In this document: piece by piece, positions 25,201 to 38,885 of the stretch | Layout: the number at the start of each line of letters is the position of its first letter | Numbering within the stretch: position 1 is the stretch's first letter | DNA from: Bugula neritina | Lineage: Eukaryota; Animalia; Bryozoa | Length of the DNA: 64,000 nucleotides | Direction: 5' to 3' | Assembly (NCBI GenBank): GCA_964035545.1 | Contig: OZ037767.1 | Coordinates: 15,380,998-15,444,997 of the forward strand | Notes under the pieces: generated by a model | Told to the model about the DNA's origin: nothing | The model's input: only the letters and a program-made list of their open reading frames with translations | Database searches by the model: none | Translations under genes and position numbers: made by a program

Positions 25201-28200
25201 TTGAATAAACGAATTGCTTTCTTGTGCCGGGTCAATAACAGGAGGGTATGCACTACTTTTAAATTGCAGATAAAATTCGTGTTCATTTTCCATTTGCCTG
25301 CTTCTAAAACCTCCTTCATGTTTTTGTACTTCTGATGACACATTGTTAGGAAAGTTGGACATTGGAGATGAGGGTAATTTGAATCGAGTGTCTGCTTCTC
25401 TATGGATGTTGCTATCATCATTCACATGTGAAAGAATTGTAGAGATCATGTTGTTGGAAGTTGGAGGAATGAATGGAGACCAGTCCTCTGAATGGTTGAA
25501 AGATGGAGCATTCAATTGAGGAGATGGAGATGGTAAACTGACTGTGGGATTCTCTGGTCTAGGAAACCACTGTGGTGTTGACGGAGGGGGTACACTTGGC
25601 ATAGAAAAAGACCCATTAGTATTGTTTAGTCGCTGGGCCTCCATGTGTGATGGAGGGAGTTGGGACCAAGATGGCTGAAGATGAGTCAACTGTGGCGCTG
25701 TTTGTAGATACAATGGTTGTTTTAGATGTGTTGGTTGCCAGTGCTGTGAATTTATTGGTTGGTGTGGAGACAAAGGATGGTGTGTCTGTTCTTTCCAGGG
25801 ATCTGTCTCTAAAGAAATGTTAAATATGTAAAATAAAATTTCATGTAAACATGTCATTCAGCTTGTAAATGGGCAGCTATAGTTAGAATATTATGACTTC
25901 AATTGATTGATTATTATAGATAAACAGTAACATGCTACATACAGTTAAATTTTCATTTGTATAGTTTAAATATTTATATATTCTGTTTTTCAAATTCATG
26001 AATTTTACAATTGCTTATAGTATTTATGAAGGAATATTAATTTTACTCTTTCACATCACTTATGATATGCAACATTTGAATTAAACTGGCAGTGCTAAAT
26101 TACACATAGTCATTAGAATTTTGTTAAAACAATGAAATAGCAACTGTATTCAATGTGCTTATGGTTAACAATTGATTTATCTTGTGTTATCTGTGATAAA
26201 GCATAATAAGTAATTTCCTGCCTTTATCCAATTATGCTTTATATTCATTAAAAACAATATTTTAGCTTATTGCTACTTGAATCATAAAAGGAAAATACCT
26301 TGAAGTAAAATAGCCTGTTTAAAAATAAGTAATTCTACCTGGAACTTGACTTGTTGCATCATCTCTTTGTTCTGTAGAGGTTGTCTTCCGTCCAAATATT
26401 TCATTATTTACACCAACACCTAAAGGTATTCTTTCTGCATGGTTTGATATATTGAAATGTTTTAGCTGCTGCTCTGCTGTCAGCTGACTCATCAAAAGAG
26501 TGAGAATCTCTGTTTGGTTAGTCTTAGCTGCTTCCTGTATCACTGTCTTACCATCTCTATTCTGTATCTTGAGCAGTTCTACCTTCTGTTCTACTGATAT
26601 ACCATCTAGTAGACATTTGATGGTGTCAGTATGACCTCTTTCTGCTGCAATGTATATAGCTGTCTCATGCTTCCAGTCCTGTATCTTGAGTAGCTCTACC
26701 TTCTGTTCTACTGATACATCATCTAGTAGACATTTGATGATGTCATTATGACCTCCGCATGCTGCACTGTGTATAGCTGTCTCATCCTCCCAGTCCTGTA
26801 TCTTGAGTAGGTCTACCTTCTGTTCTACTGATACACCATCTAGTAGACATTTGATGGTGTCAGTATGACCTCCGCATGCTGCATTGTGTATAGCTGTATC
26901 ATTTACATTGTCCTGTATCTTGAGTAGCTTTACCTTCTGTTCTACTGATACACCATCTAGTAGACATTTGATGGTGTCAGTATGTCCTTCGAATGCTGCA
27001 CAGTGTATAGCATAAGACTCAGTTGTCTTGAGTAGCTCTACCTTCTGTTCTACTGATAAACCATCTAGTAGATATTCGATGATGTCAGTATGACCTCTTT
27101 CTGCTGCACTGTGTATAGCTGTATCATCTCCACCATTCTGTATCTTGAGTAGGTCTACCTTCTGTTCTACTGATACACCATCTAGTAGACATTTGATGGT
27201 GTCAGTATCTCCTCTCCATGCTGCACAGTGTATAGCATAAGACTCAGTTGTCTTGAGTAGCTCTACCTTCTGTTCTACTGATATACCATCTAGTAGACAT
27301 TTGATGATGTCAGTATGACCTCCGTATGCTGCACTCTGTATAGCTGTCTCATCTCCACCATTCTGTATCTTGAGTAGGTCTACCTTCTGTTCTACTGATA
27401 CACCATCTAGTAGACATTTGATGGTGTCAGTATACCCTTTCTCAGCTGCACTGTGTATAGCTGTCTCATCCTTGCAGTTCTGTATCTTGAGTAGCTCTAC
27501 CTTCTGTTCTACTGATACACCATCTAGCAGACATTTGATGATGTCAGTATGACCTCTGCATGCTGCACTGTGTATAGCTGTCTCATCTCCACCATTCTGT
27601 ATCTTGAGTAGGTCTACCTTCTGTTCTACTGATACACCATCTAGTAGACATTTGATGATGTCATTATGACCTCCGCATGCTGCACTGTGTATAGCTGTCT
27701 CATCATCCCAGTCCTGTATCTTGAGTAGGTCTACCTTCTGTTCTACTGATACACCATCTAGCAGACATTTGATGATGTCAGTATGACCTCTGCATGCTGC
27801 ACTGTGTATAGCTGTCTTATCTCCACCATTCTGTATCTTGAGTAGGTCTACCTTCTGTTCTACTGATACACCATCTAGTAGACATTTGATGGTGTCAGTA
27901 TGTCCTTCGAATGCTGCACAGTGTATAGCATAAGACTCAGTTGTCTTGAGTAGCTCTACCTTCTGTTCTACTGATAAACCATCTAGTAGATATTCGATGA
28001 TGTCAGTATGACCTCTTTCTGCTGCACTGTGTATAGCTGTATCATCTCCACCATTCTGTATCTTGAGTAGGTCTACCTTCTGTTCTACTGATACACCATC
28101 TAGTAGACATTTGATGGTGTCAGTATGTCCTTCGAATGCTGCACAGTGTATAGCATAAGACTCAGTTGTCTTGAGTAGCTCTACCTTCTGTTCTACTGAT

Positions 28201-28760
28201 ATACCATCTAGTAGACATTTGATGATGTCAGTATGACCTCCGCATGCTGCACTCTGTATAGCTGTCTCATCTCCACCATTCTGTATCTTGAGTAGGTCTA
28301 CCTTCTGTTCTACTGATACACCATCTAGTAGACATTTGATGGTGTCAGTATACCCTTTCTCAGCTGCACTGTGTATAGCTGTCTCATCCTTGCAGTTCTG
28401 TATCTTGAGTAGCTCTACCTTCTGTTCTACTGACACACCATCTAGTAGACATTTGATAGTGTCAGTATGACCTCTTTCTGCTGCAATGTGTATAGCTGTA
28501 TCATCTCCATTCTGTATCTTTAGCAGCTCTACCTTCTGTTCTACGGATACACCATCTAGTAGACATTTGATGATGTCAGTATGACCTCTCTTTGCTGCAC
28601 AGTGTATAGCATAAGACTCCTCACATAACAGTCTATATCTCTCTTCTAATGATATGAAAGGAAGACACTTCTTCAGCTTAGTCAGAATATTTCCCTCTTC
28701 ATATCTATATATAATACTAGTGAGTAATTGAGTAAACTTTAGCACTTCATTCTGATTCAT
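22203..28760 (-). CDS. Ankyrin-array protein with P/Q/S-rich linker, ubiquitin-like segment and CCDC106-like C-terminus, copy 1 (18 repeats + cap)
   Basis: Exons 28760-26339, 25808(or 25802)-25098, about 24858-24576, 24459-24313, 23667-23578, 23424-23356, 23069-22894 and 22349-22203. All have GT-AG junctions, keep frame and are conserved with copy 2; ends DGKLTIFGMKKNK*. Confidence 0.8.
23210..23354. repeat. 29-bp intronic minisatellite (about 5 units; about 3 units in copy 2 at 57425-57510)
   Basis: ATCTTATTATATATAGTAAGAGTTGTCTT units abutting the exon-6 donor. Confidence 0.85.
23845..24142 (+). repeat. Two degenerate tRNA-like units (23845-23915, 24070-24142) within a copy-1-specific intronic insertion
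   Basis: Both read ...TGGT...GCCTGCTTGCAAG..GGAG.TCTCGGGTT(C)GAATC.CA..G.G.GCAAAA, with a B box and an Ala(TGC)-like arm whose loop is only 6 nt. This intron is about 645 bp here and about 105 bp in copy 2. Confidence 0.65.
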
Positions 28761-30244
28761 TTTAACTGACCTTTTAGTTTTAGTAAGAATTCTCCATCTT
28801 TAGCAGCTCTTCAAATAGACTAATATGCTAGACTAGAAAACTCCACGATACACAATGACAATGTCTATTCTCAGACTATATATAATAATAATACTAAATT
28901 ATAACTTATTTTTTCATTTTAAGCTCTAAACTTTCACACGTGTATAACAGTAGTCGTTAACTTTCTGTAAATTACTAACCAGAATCTTCTCAATATGGCG
29001 TGCCTACTTGTGTAGCGCTTATCTATCAACTATAACTATAACTAGCCTGTACAGTATGCAGGTCCGTAGTACAGGGAATACACGAGGAAATAGATGGGAA
29101 ATTCCATTCACTCCCATTACTCATATTATATACTATGATTTTCGGCCTGTCAACAAACAATTGCGTTAGGTAACGACTAGTCAAAGTGGGGAATACTTAA
29201 AGAAACTATTATAATTATTGATAGGATAACACAACTCATATTATCAACCACCAAGCTGTGGTTGTAGACAGTCATGCTATACAAAATTATAACATGCCTA
29301 CATAAGCTGCTCATAGTATAATATTTGGAGTAATATAAACTTTCAACTTCTATATGAACTTCCGTACCATGAATGTAATTCTACATGAAATTAGGACTAA
29401 AATATGTTATAAAAGTCCGATTAAAGTCAGCCATTGTCTTGGCGCTAAATTAAAAGCAATAATTAATGGAAGAGTTAGAATTTTTACAGCCCTATGTTAT
29501 TTGTAACATTGTGATATTTATGCTTTAGACTATTATATAATATATGATGGAATGTTAATCAGTAATTTAATTTTGCAAATGCAAGCAAACAAGTATCACG
29601 TGTAAGAGCAAAGTTTTTAAACATAGTTTTGCGGTGGCTTATATTATGTTAGCTTCATTCAAAATATCTGGCAAAAGTTTACCATGAGCTACATGACATT
29701 TTTCTAATGATCATCATAATTTTAACTCAATATATATTTATAAAATAATTGCTTCGAATAAAAATGAAAACTTCCATATGAATAAAACACTTGCGTGACC
29801 AATATAAAAGATGAAAATAGGTTAAAAACCAAAGAGATTGATCAAATATGTAAAAGCTTGAAATAATTTTTCATCAAAATAAGAGAATATTTGAAACAGC
29901 TAATATATAATTTGTTGTATTAACAATCACATTAATGTGTATTTAAACACTAAAAAAAAATGCATTATAAGAAGCTTCATGTAAAAACAAAAACAAAAGT
30001 TTTAATGGTTTTATATGAGTAATTTCCCAACAGTATTATAAATCATATAATTTTCTTGCTATAATAACGTAATATTCTGAGTCTGTATAGATAGACAGTG
30101 TATGCATGCGCATTATGAACCTATCACCATATATTTAGTTCCTTAAAGCATTAGCTTAATGATAATTGCACAAGCCATTATGTGTTAAACTACTTAATAC
30201 AATTAAAAATCTGTACTTTTGAAATGAGCACCTCATGTGTTGTT

Positions 30245-30384
30245 ATTTGTTCCAACAATAGTAAGCTTTCTATCATTTGCTGCTTCATTCTTAATTTAGA
30301 CTAATCAGTGACCACCTGACATAATTTGTCAAATTAACACATGCCTCTTTTTTAGATGGATGGACAATGCTAAAAAAGAGGCAA
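30245..30384 (-). pseudogene. Relic last exon of a third ankyrin-CCDC106-like paralog with a local inversion
   Basis: gtaagctttctatcatttgctgcttc...taatcagtg...cataatttgtcaa aligns to 22231-22320; the WMD-encoding part is flipped between 14-bp inverted repeats TGCCTCTTTTTTAG / CTAAAAAAGAGGCA. Confidence 0.6.
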
Positions 30385-30393
30385 TATATGTGT

Positions 30394-30441
30394 GAATTTT
30401 TAATTTTTAAATGATCGCGATCATTTAAAAATTAAAAATTC
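30394..30441. repeat. Perfect 48-bp palindrome
   Basis: GAATTTTTAATTTTTAAATGATCG|CGATCATTTAAAAATTAAAAATTC. Confidence 0.9.
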
Positions 30442-31686
30442 TTTTAAATATCTATACTGTGTTGTGAATTACAGCTAATAAATCGGTCAGTATAAAGTCT
30501 TAATTATGAGCTAGAGTAGAATCTGGAGACATTGGTGTAGTAAATCTATTAAACATCAGTAGCAAGGGGTATGTAACGGTTGAAAGCTGAAAAATGCTGT
30601 AAAATATTAAACATAACAGTGATGAGCAAATAGTTTAGTTAGTAAATTAAGCATGTTTACTGCATATCTCTGTAGAAAACGTCAACTATTGTGTTGAGTG
30701 TCTTAGGGCGCGATGTAAAAAGTCCATTAGTTTCTTTGGCATGGCACCAGTTAACAGTCAATTCGGCTAAATGCTTTTCTATATTCAAACGAGCTGGTGC
30801 CATTGCAAAGCTATCATTCATGATTTATTTCATAAGCTCTTTTCGTGATAATATGTGATGTACTTTATTTTCAGTAGCTCAAATTTTCTTAAATTTGTCA
30901 CTTTTGTCCAATTTAAGTTAGAATAGAGACTTGTAGGTCACAACTACTGCATAATATTATTATTGTAATTGTGAAAGAATATCCTATTTCGGAGTTTTCT
31001 GCTCTAATAATTAAACGCATGAACACACACTATAATTATTGTCGTGCCAAAGGTGATAAAATAAAAATAAAATAAATACTAAATTTACATTTAGTTATTG
31101 CTATAATATTTTTAATAACTACTGAATTGAAAAAAATGTACTTTGGTTAAATGAATAATTATAATTATAATTTTTTAGTTCATTGGCAAAAGTTGAGAAT
31201 TTTACTTTTGACTTGGCGAGTATGTCAACTTTATTTTTCAGATAGTAGCTTGAGAGTTTTAAATCAAAGATTTTTAGACGATACTGCGCTAAAAACAGAG
31301 AATTTTTTCAAAGAGAAAATGTGTGTAGAACTTTGGTTACATAAGCGTTTCCGACAATCATAAGATTTGTCACTGTGATAATCCAAAAATGTAAATTAAA
31401 ACATGTTGTAAATAATATTTATAGAGTTAAGCTTGCTGAAAAATTCTATTTTGCTGAACATCATTAATGAATATTTATATAGCAATAATTGAAATTAACA
31501 TCATTATAATTTAATCTGAAGTCGAATCTAAGACAGAGTAAAACTAAAAGTAAAACTAAAGTTTCAAAGTGAAAGATTCAATAAATATAATATTAATTCA
31601 ATTTCATAAATCATATTATTATCAATATTTGATAATCATATCGAATTTAATATTATTATTGTGATTAATTAATAAATAGTTATAAC

Positions 31687-34600
31687 ATGAGTTTAGAAAA
31701 AGCTTCGTCTGGCTCTATACTCGAACAGTTCGTTTTGTTATCATCGGGTGCCCGAGGAGCTGCAGCAATGTCGTTAATCAAGCAAGCTCTTGAAGCTCCA
31801 AATCTTTATGTGTTTGGCGAACTTTTAGATTGTTCGTCAATTAAACAGGTATGTTTCAGTTTTAATTGTTTAACTAGAAACTATCTTCGGCAACATCTAT
31901 AAGCTTTGTTGGTTTTTTCAAAGTTTTAAATCTGATTATACTCATTGTCATTGTGATTGTCAATAAGGCTAGAAGTAGAATGCAAAAGCAATTGATAATA
32001 GTACTAGTAATAATAATACTGAACATGTAGTTTTTTGATCATAAAATACTCATAGTCATACCCAGACTGTAACATTAACTGGTATTATGATTATTAATTG
32101 TAAGTATAGGATTTATAGTTCAGGAAATTTAGGTTAAACTGAAATTCAAAGTCAAAGTTTAGAAATGTTTTATTTTAAGCTACAAGTGCAAGGTTGGAGT
32201 ATAAAATCTTAGCAAATATAATATGCCACCTACTGTATATGTATTATTATTTTTCTTTTGTGCTGTAGTCAATAATAACATTTTCGCATTGATTAAGTTT
32301 AAGTTTAACCTTGAAATAAATTTAAAGTTGTTTCAATGATTGTAAGCCATTGAAAATGATTTACCTTTTTATTTATTTAGGCTATACTAATTATTATATT
32401 ATAATGTAATAATTAGTATAGAGGGGTAGCCTTTGTTTTAATTTTTGAAATAAATGATTTGGCTTGAGATTAATTTGCCTCTGCAGTTAGTTTACAATTT
32501 CTTTGAAATGTTTTTCATATTGACCTAGTACTTTGCGTTATAATCCTGTAAACTGGTGCATTTAATTTTTGTAGCTGGGTGAGAACAGTGAACACAGGCC
32601 ATATGTAGACCTGTTAAGACTCTTTGCCTATGGCACGTGCTCTGACTACATTGGTAAGAATATAGAGACTGACGATCAGGCTAAATACTCTCTAGTTGTT
32701 GTTTAAATACAATTTTTTATTCAATTTTGTCTTTGTCACATTTATTTACACATTATGTTAAAGCGTAATTGATAGTCGTGTATTTGAGTCTCAAAATTTC
32801 AGTCATATTTTATGGCGAAGTCAAGGAAATACATTTCCTTGACCTAGACATGTCTTTTATTTGTACAGTTTATTCAAAGGCTAACTTGATACGACTAAAG
32901 TATAATGAATTGGGAATTTCCAACTTTCAAAAATGCAGTTGTTTATCATATCTGCACTGTAAGCACACACACAGTTGTGGTCACTTCTGCATCACGATGT
33001 TTCAGCCAATAGAAATGTGTTGCCTGAGATCTCTCCGCAAATGGTGAAGAAGTTGAGACACCTGAGCATCGTCTCATTAGCAGCTAAGTGCAAGCAGATT
33101 CCTTACAGTCTGCTACTGAAAGAGCTGGATATGCCGAATGTTCGGGAGTTGGAGGACCTAATCATCGAGGCTATCTACGCCGGACTCATCAAGGCTAGGA
33201 TGGACCAGAATGAGCAGAAGTTAGAGGTTTACTACGCAATGGGACGTGACGTGGAAATGTCGAAGCTACCAGAACTGTTAGGTATCGTATTTTCATTAGA
33301 TTGGATACTTCTTTATGCTGTGCTTTTAGTATATAATCTCAATTTTTCAAAGCTATTTTATTATAAATTGTTATATTTATTTTCATCAGTTTTTTATTCA
33401 ACTCCTTTTAAACCTATGGATTTTCGGTTTATACAACTTTTTAGTGTGTTTTTATTAATTTTACTATTCAACTTTTCTGCCCATAATTCTTTTAACTTCA
33501 TTTCATTATGGCCACCTTTTAGCTTTTTTATTTGATGATTACCTAAGCCCAGTGGTTATTATTAGACTCGTAAGTGTCATTATTATAAATGTTACTGTGT
33601 GTGTTGTACTGCAGGTATTCTAGAACAGTGGACAGGTAAATGTGAAGAAAGTTTATCTGACATACAGGCTCAGCTGTTGGACGCACAGCAGAAGAAATCT
33701 GCACACATGAAACTCAAGAATCAAACCGATACTGAGGTGAGATAACTCTCTTTGTCTAGTGCGGCAGTTTATTGCGGGGTCGCTGTAGTGTTTTATCACA
33801 GAAGATGCTTTATTTGCTGCTGAGTTTAAAGTAAGGAATGTCACTCAATTTTTAAGATTCCGGAGGTAATCGAAGTGGGTTATGTATTTGAAGATTGTTA
33901 TGTATTTTGAGGTTTTCTAATAATATTGCAGAAGCGTAGGTGAACCTTGTCAGATAAATTCTGTTCTTATTTAGTATTGTAAGAACTTTAGAGGCAATAT
34001 AATGTAAAAATATAATATGCAATACCATTAAATGTACCGTTTGGCTAGCTCTAAAATTCTAACTTACTAAGAAATATTTTTGTGGATCAGCAGTTTTCAG
34101 TCAACCCAATTCAACGTACAGACACCTCAATTAGTTATATGCAAAGCACAAGAATAATATGGAATGTACTATCTGCTAAAGTTGTCCTCTAAGACTTGGG
34201 CCCAACGTAATTTTAGCTTTACTTAGGGAGGGTTTACTAGTCTCACCTAAAAGAATTGAAGTTCCTTAACTATTGAGACGTAGTTATAGATTTATTTTGC
34301 TGAGATTTATGTGTCAATGGCCTATTTCCTGTGCAGACATATAAATACTGACTAATCATGTGTCTTTGAGAGGTTGTCCACACTTGGAAGCTGACAATTG
34401 TCTGATCATGTGACATTGGATTTGCCTTATTTAGAAATTGTCTTCTCATTCTCGAAGCTAGCATATAAAAGCTTTTAGAATGGTTTTCCATGTTTGTGTC
34501 AGTCACAATCTGCGTTCTGATGTCATCGTTTTCTAGTGACATGTCATATGCTTGATAGAATTGTGCAATGATTTACTGCTCGGATTGTATGTAACTAGCT

Positions 34601-35122
34601 AACTAACTTATGCTAGTATATAGTTGCCATCCCTGTGAGAAACCCGTGATAGAAGGGGTTTTTGTTAAACCAGGCTAAGGACTTATTTATATGTGGCACA
34701 AGAGAAAGTATGACTGGATGCTCTTCCTAACATCACCAATGGCCTTTGTCTAGGTTGGAACCAATGACTTCGTGTTTACTACGCAAACGCTCTAACCCCT
34801 AGACCACGAGCTAACACTTAGCTACAATTACAGCTTTTCCTATGCTCTAGGTTATGCTTGTAGATAATAAACATTAAGAAGACCCTGGCTTTAGCATCTG
34901 GCGCCGAGAGGGCCGGAATCCGCCCCTCCACCGAGACGATGGACACAGACGTGAAAAGCGCCAAGAAACCCGCAAAGATGAAAGGGTAAGAACTCAATTT
35001 AATTAGTCGTTAGTCAAATGCATTACCAATGAGTTCTATTCACTTTATGTGACATGCACTGATCTCTTCCTTGCAGGTTACGTGGAAGTGCTAGTAAAGT
35101 ATTTAAAGGCTCAAACTCGTAG
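31687..35122 (+). CDS. COPS7: COP9 signalosome complex subunit 7
   Basis: Exons 31687-31848, 32575-32653, 33006-33281, 33615-33736, 34864-34985 and 35077-35122. Motifs LEQFVLL..GARGAAA..LIKQALEAP.LYVFGELL, LLRLFAYGT, KKLRHLSIVSLA, NVRELEDLIIEAIYA (PCI) and the C-terminal KGLRGSA. Confidence 0.95.
34618..34811 (-). mobile_element. tRNA-derived SINE (V-SINE-like) in COPS7 intron 4
   Basis: Minus strand: GCTCGTGGTCTAGGGGTTAG (A box), GGTTCCAACC (B box) and GGTGATGTTAGGAAGAGCATCCAGTCATA, resembling the V-domain core GGAAGGGCATCCG. Confidence 0.7.
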
Positions 35123-35941
35123 CTCCGCCAGGTCAAGGAAATACTATACTATCAGAGTTGTGACACTCTTAGCCTAAGGACTCTTTTGCAGCATTGAAAC
35201 CTCTCTGAGGCTACATTAACATTGGCCTAGCTGCAGACTGTAACCTGACTATTTCTTCTTTAGCTCAATAATTGTGGTACCAGTTTTGTTGAGCAGTACA
35301 GCTCTGTTGCCTCGTCCAAGTGACCATCTTTTGAATTTGTTGTGAAAACATCAACTGGCTGTACCTTGGAAATCATCAAATAAACTTTATGTGTATTCAT
35401 CAATACAAATTTGCATTCATTTAATTTTAGTCTTTAGTAATTTCCTATGTTTTATGATTTTTGTAATTTGGTGTACTCAAGGGTTGAGATCGAAGAAGCC
35501 AATTTGTAATTAGACCCTTTGCTATGAATGGTGAGCATGAACAACGTATTGATCTCTTATCCGTTCCGAGTTAAGTTGCACGCACAATGTTTACTCAATC
35601 AATAGAAAGGCTGCAAGTATTGGATTTTTTTAATATTTCTTAGCCTTCAAAAAAAACTGAACTAAATCATGTGATTCTCAAACTGTATTCTCTGAACTCA
35701 GGCTATACTCACAGGCTATACGCTGTATATACTCGGAATAATGTATTCCCTAATGTCTTAGTCTATTGGTAACAGCTGAGTCAACATGTCTAGCTTCTAC
35801 TTTTCAGTCAGTAAGTCTTCTCCATAATTCATCTGACATTTTTATGAGTCACTTTTTCCGGAATAAAAAATTTCAATTCTGTTATGTCATTGTGTTGGTT
35901 GGTCATCTTACACTTTGTGGATATATAGAAAAGGTGTGATT

Positions 35942-36143
35942 ATGCTCTGTTTTTATTTTATAGGTTGTATAATAGTAGTTTTAGAGTTGCATTGTGGATA
36001 TGAACTTCAGTATATGGGTTGCTATAGCGACAGTAATGAAAGAGCTCTTTCTGCCTTCCACTTCAAAAGCTTTAAAATGGGAGTCAATTATTGCATAGGC
36101 TTATGCATTTTACATGGTAAACAACGTTATACAAAATATTTAT

Positions 36144-36191
<48 letters not shown>

Positions 36192-38675
36192 AAGAGTTTG
36201 AAATTGAATAAAAACGGTTTTTATTCTGCCCCATCTTTCGTTCTTCTATAGCACAAAAATACATTTAAATTTGTTATTATTGATGTTTTTATTATGCCTT
36301 GCAAAATTTTTTACATAGAGCTGGGTCAAGAGCAACCAATTTTTAGTTAAACATATAAACACATTACGTAGCAAATACTAGTCATAAACTAGTAAATGTA
36401 TAGCATCTCTAACTTTAGGATTTACTTTTTTTAATTATATATAGTCAAAGTTCGGCCAAAACCTAGATATATCTTGATATAATAAGTAATATCTATAATA
36501 ATAATAAGTAATTATTATAATATAATATAATAAGTCATATATATATATGACTTGATAAAATTGCGATATAATGTTATTATAGTGTTGATTTACTTAGAAG
36601 TAGATAGATTATTCAGTTTAGCAATATGGTTCAGCTATTTATTTTAATGGAGACACAGGAACAAAAGAGAGGGATTATGGGTAAAAGGGAAACATATTAC
36701 AAAATGATGCAATATAGAATCTATAAGTATGTAAAGAACATAACTCTAAAGTTGTAATATAAGTGACTGATTTTCACTACGTATTCAATTTATAGTACAT
36801 ATAATATTTAAGAATAAATAATATAATTAAATGATAATATTTTAATGTGTCGACTTGAACTCACTTGTATATTTACTTTAATAGGACAGCCCTATGCTGC
36901 GCTAGAGATGGGTGACGAGTGCTATTGTGGTCTCACATACGACAAGTATGGATCCAGCGATAAGTGCAGTAAAAAATGCTCTGGGAACTCTCAGCAGACC
37001 TGTGGAGGGACTTGGGCCCTCAGTGTGTACAGCACGTTCAGTCGTGAGTATAACAGAAAATTCAGGAGACTAGTGTGACCTCCCCTCCGTGTAGCCCCAA
37101 CCATATTAAACGGTTTGTGACAAGATTCAATGCTATGTCAAGGTTGAAAGTAATAAATGAGCATTGGAATGAAAATTTTATGAAGTTTAGGTCAATACCA
37201 ATAAAGACTGCATTGAAAATCCAAATAACTAGCAGAAATAGCAGATTCTTTGCAAGGAAGAAATGCAGTGCATATATGTGATACCTGCTAAACCTGACAC
37301 CCTTGTAGATGCATGTCCCTCTTTTGTAGAATATAAGTTACTTGTGGCCATAGTATAATGTGCAGGTATAAGGGAACATTACAATATTTTCAATTTCTCA
37401 ACAATGATATCTAAACAACACCTTTATGTTCTTATATATTGAACAGGTGATGTTAAGGTGAAGAAACCTATGAGTCAGAAAGAGCTAAGAGATTTGTTTG
37501 TTACCAGTTCTGTAGATGCTACCAGAATACTACCCGATATCAAGTCATTCATGTTATATCCTTGGTTGGAGAACAGGCTGGCAGCCGTCACGTCTCAACA
37601 GCTAGTGAGAATCAGTCCGACTGGGGATTGCGAAGTGTTGGCTGGTGTGCAGCTAACCGAATGCTCGATAAAGCCTAACTCCTTTACTTTTAACAGCATC
37701 AGTCACTTCATTTCAGTGGATTTCTCGCAGCTGCGAGATTCCTCGGAGCTCTTCAGTCAGAAAGTGTTTCTGGTGGCAGATCGTTTTGACCATTGCGTGA
37801 AGTTGGTTGACCCGAGTAACCTAGAAGATGCTAACCCTATTGTGATTGGTCAATGTAGCACGCCCGGGAGATTAGAGAATGTTTTTAGCAGATCTCTAAA
37901 CGATATTAGACTGACGAGCCCAATTCATCTTTCAGTTGTAATCGCGTCTGATGTCATCAGAATAATCATCAGCTGTAAGAAGGACGAACGCGTCTACCCA
38001 GTTATTTTGAATGTGTTTACCGACGATTATTATTTCTATGATTACTATTTAGAGGAGTCCCGGGGTTTCCTTTCAGATGTTGTTAACTCTTACTATTATC
38101 CACAAATACATTTACTCCAACAAACCCAAAATAATCAAAGTGGTTGGAACTGTTCTTTAAACCTGTTAACCGATGACTTTAACGTTACATCCAGCTATAG
38201 ATGTGCGGCCAAGTTAAATGCAAATATACCTGAAATGCTTAAAAGTTGGCCGCTTTATATAAACAATGGCAAATTAAAATATTTCAAGTATTCTTGGACT
38301 AATAATGTATTAAATACCGTAAATGTAAAAATCAACGGTTTAGCTCGAGAACTTACAAACTCACTTGACTTGTTCGACATCGCCCCTGATTCTCAGAAAG
38401 TCATCCTGTACAGTGAGAGTCAAAAGATGTTCTACTTCACTGAGCCTAGTACTAGAGTCCGATTTACTTTGCAGGCTGATACTACGTGCAATGAGCAATG
38501 GATAAAAATGAAGACAAATGGTAGCTTGGAGTCGTGTGCACATTTCTGCTACAAACAAGTGGATGATAAGTGCACATCATTTACTTTTGATGATAACAAG
38601 GACTGCTTTTTGCACAGCAGTGAAGTGCTGAAAGCAGAAAGTCATAGAAGCTGTTATATTGTTCATCAGGAGTGA
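35942..38675 (+). CDS. Secreted WSC + NHL-like + PAN/apple protein, divergent paralog D (intact)
   Basis: Exons 35942-36116, 36885-37043 and 37447-38675, with the same phase-1 structure. Motifs FLVADRFDHCVKL, LTSPIHLS and ESCAHFC...CTSFTF...CFLH. Confidence 0.85.
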
Positions 38676-38885
38676 TTTAATTGACTTAAAGTTTCATGAT
38701 ATGTATGCAAAGATGTCTGTAAAAGCTATGCTAGTAGAAAGTTTACTAGTGGGACAATTATTATTCCCCCTTTGAACATTTTACCATTTAGCAAGAAAAT
38801 AATAGTGATATAATTTCTATTACTTTTCTTTAAATTTTGAAGTGAAAATATTACAACAATTAAAAACTTATTAGGAAGAAAGGAC

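Noticed and set aside
27370-28470. Plus-strand 60-aa ORFs (also 60489-61574)
   Set aside because: Antisense shadows of ankyrin repeats.
26339-28760. Regular repeat with variable inserts resembling a CRISPR array
   Set aside because: Units are in-frame ankyrin codons in a spliced eukaryotic gene; no cas genes.
32975-33535. 186-aa ORF with hydrophobic tail suggesting a membrane-anchored COPS7
   Set aside because: Tail is read-through into a T-rich intron after the donor at 33282.
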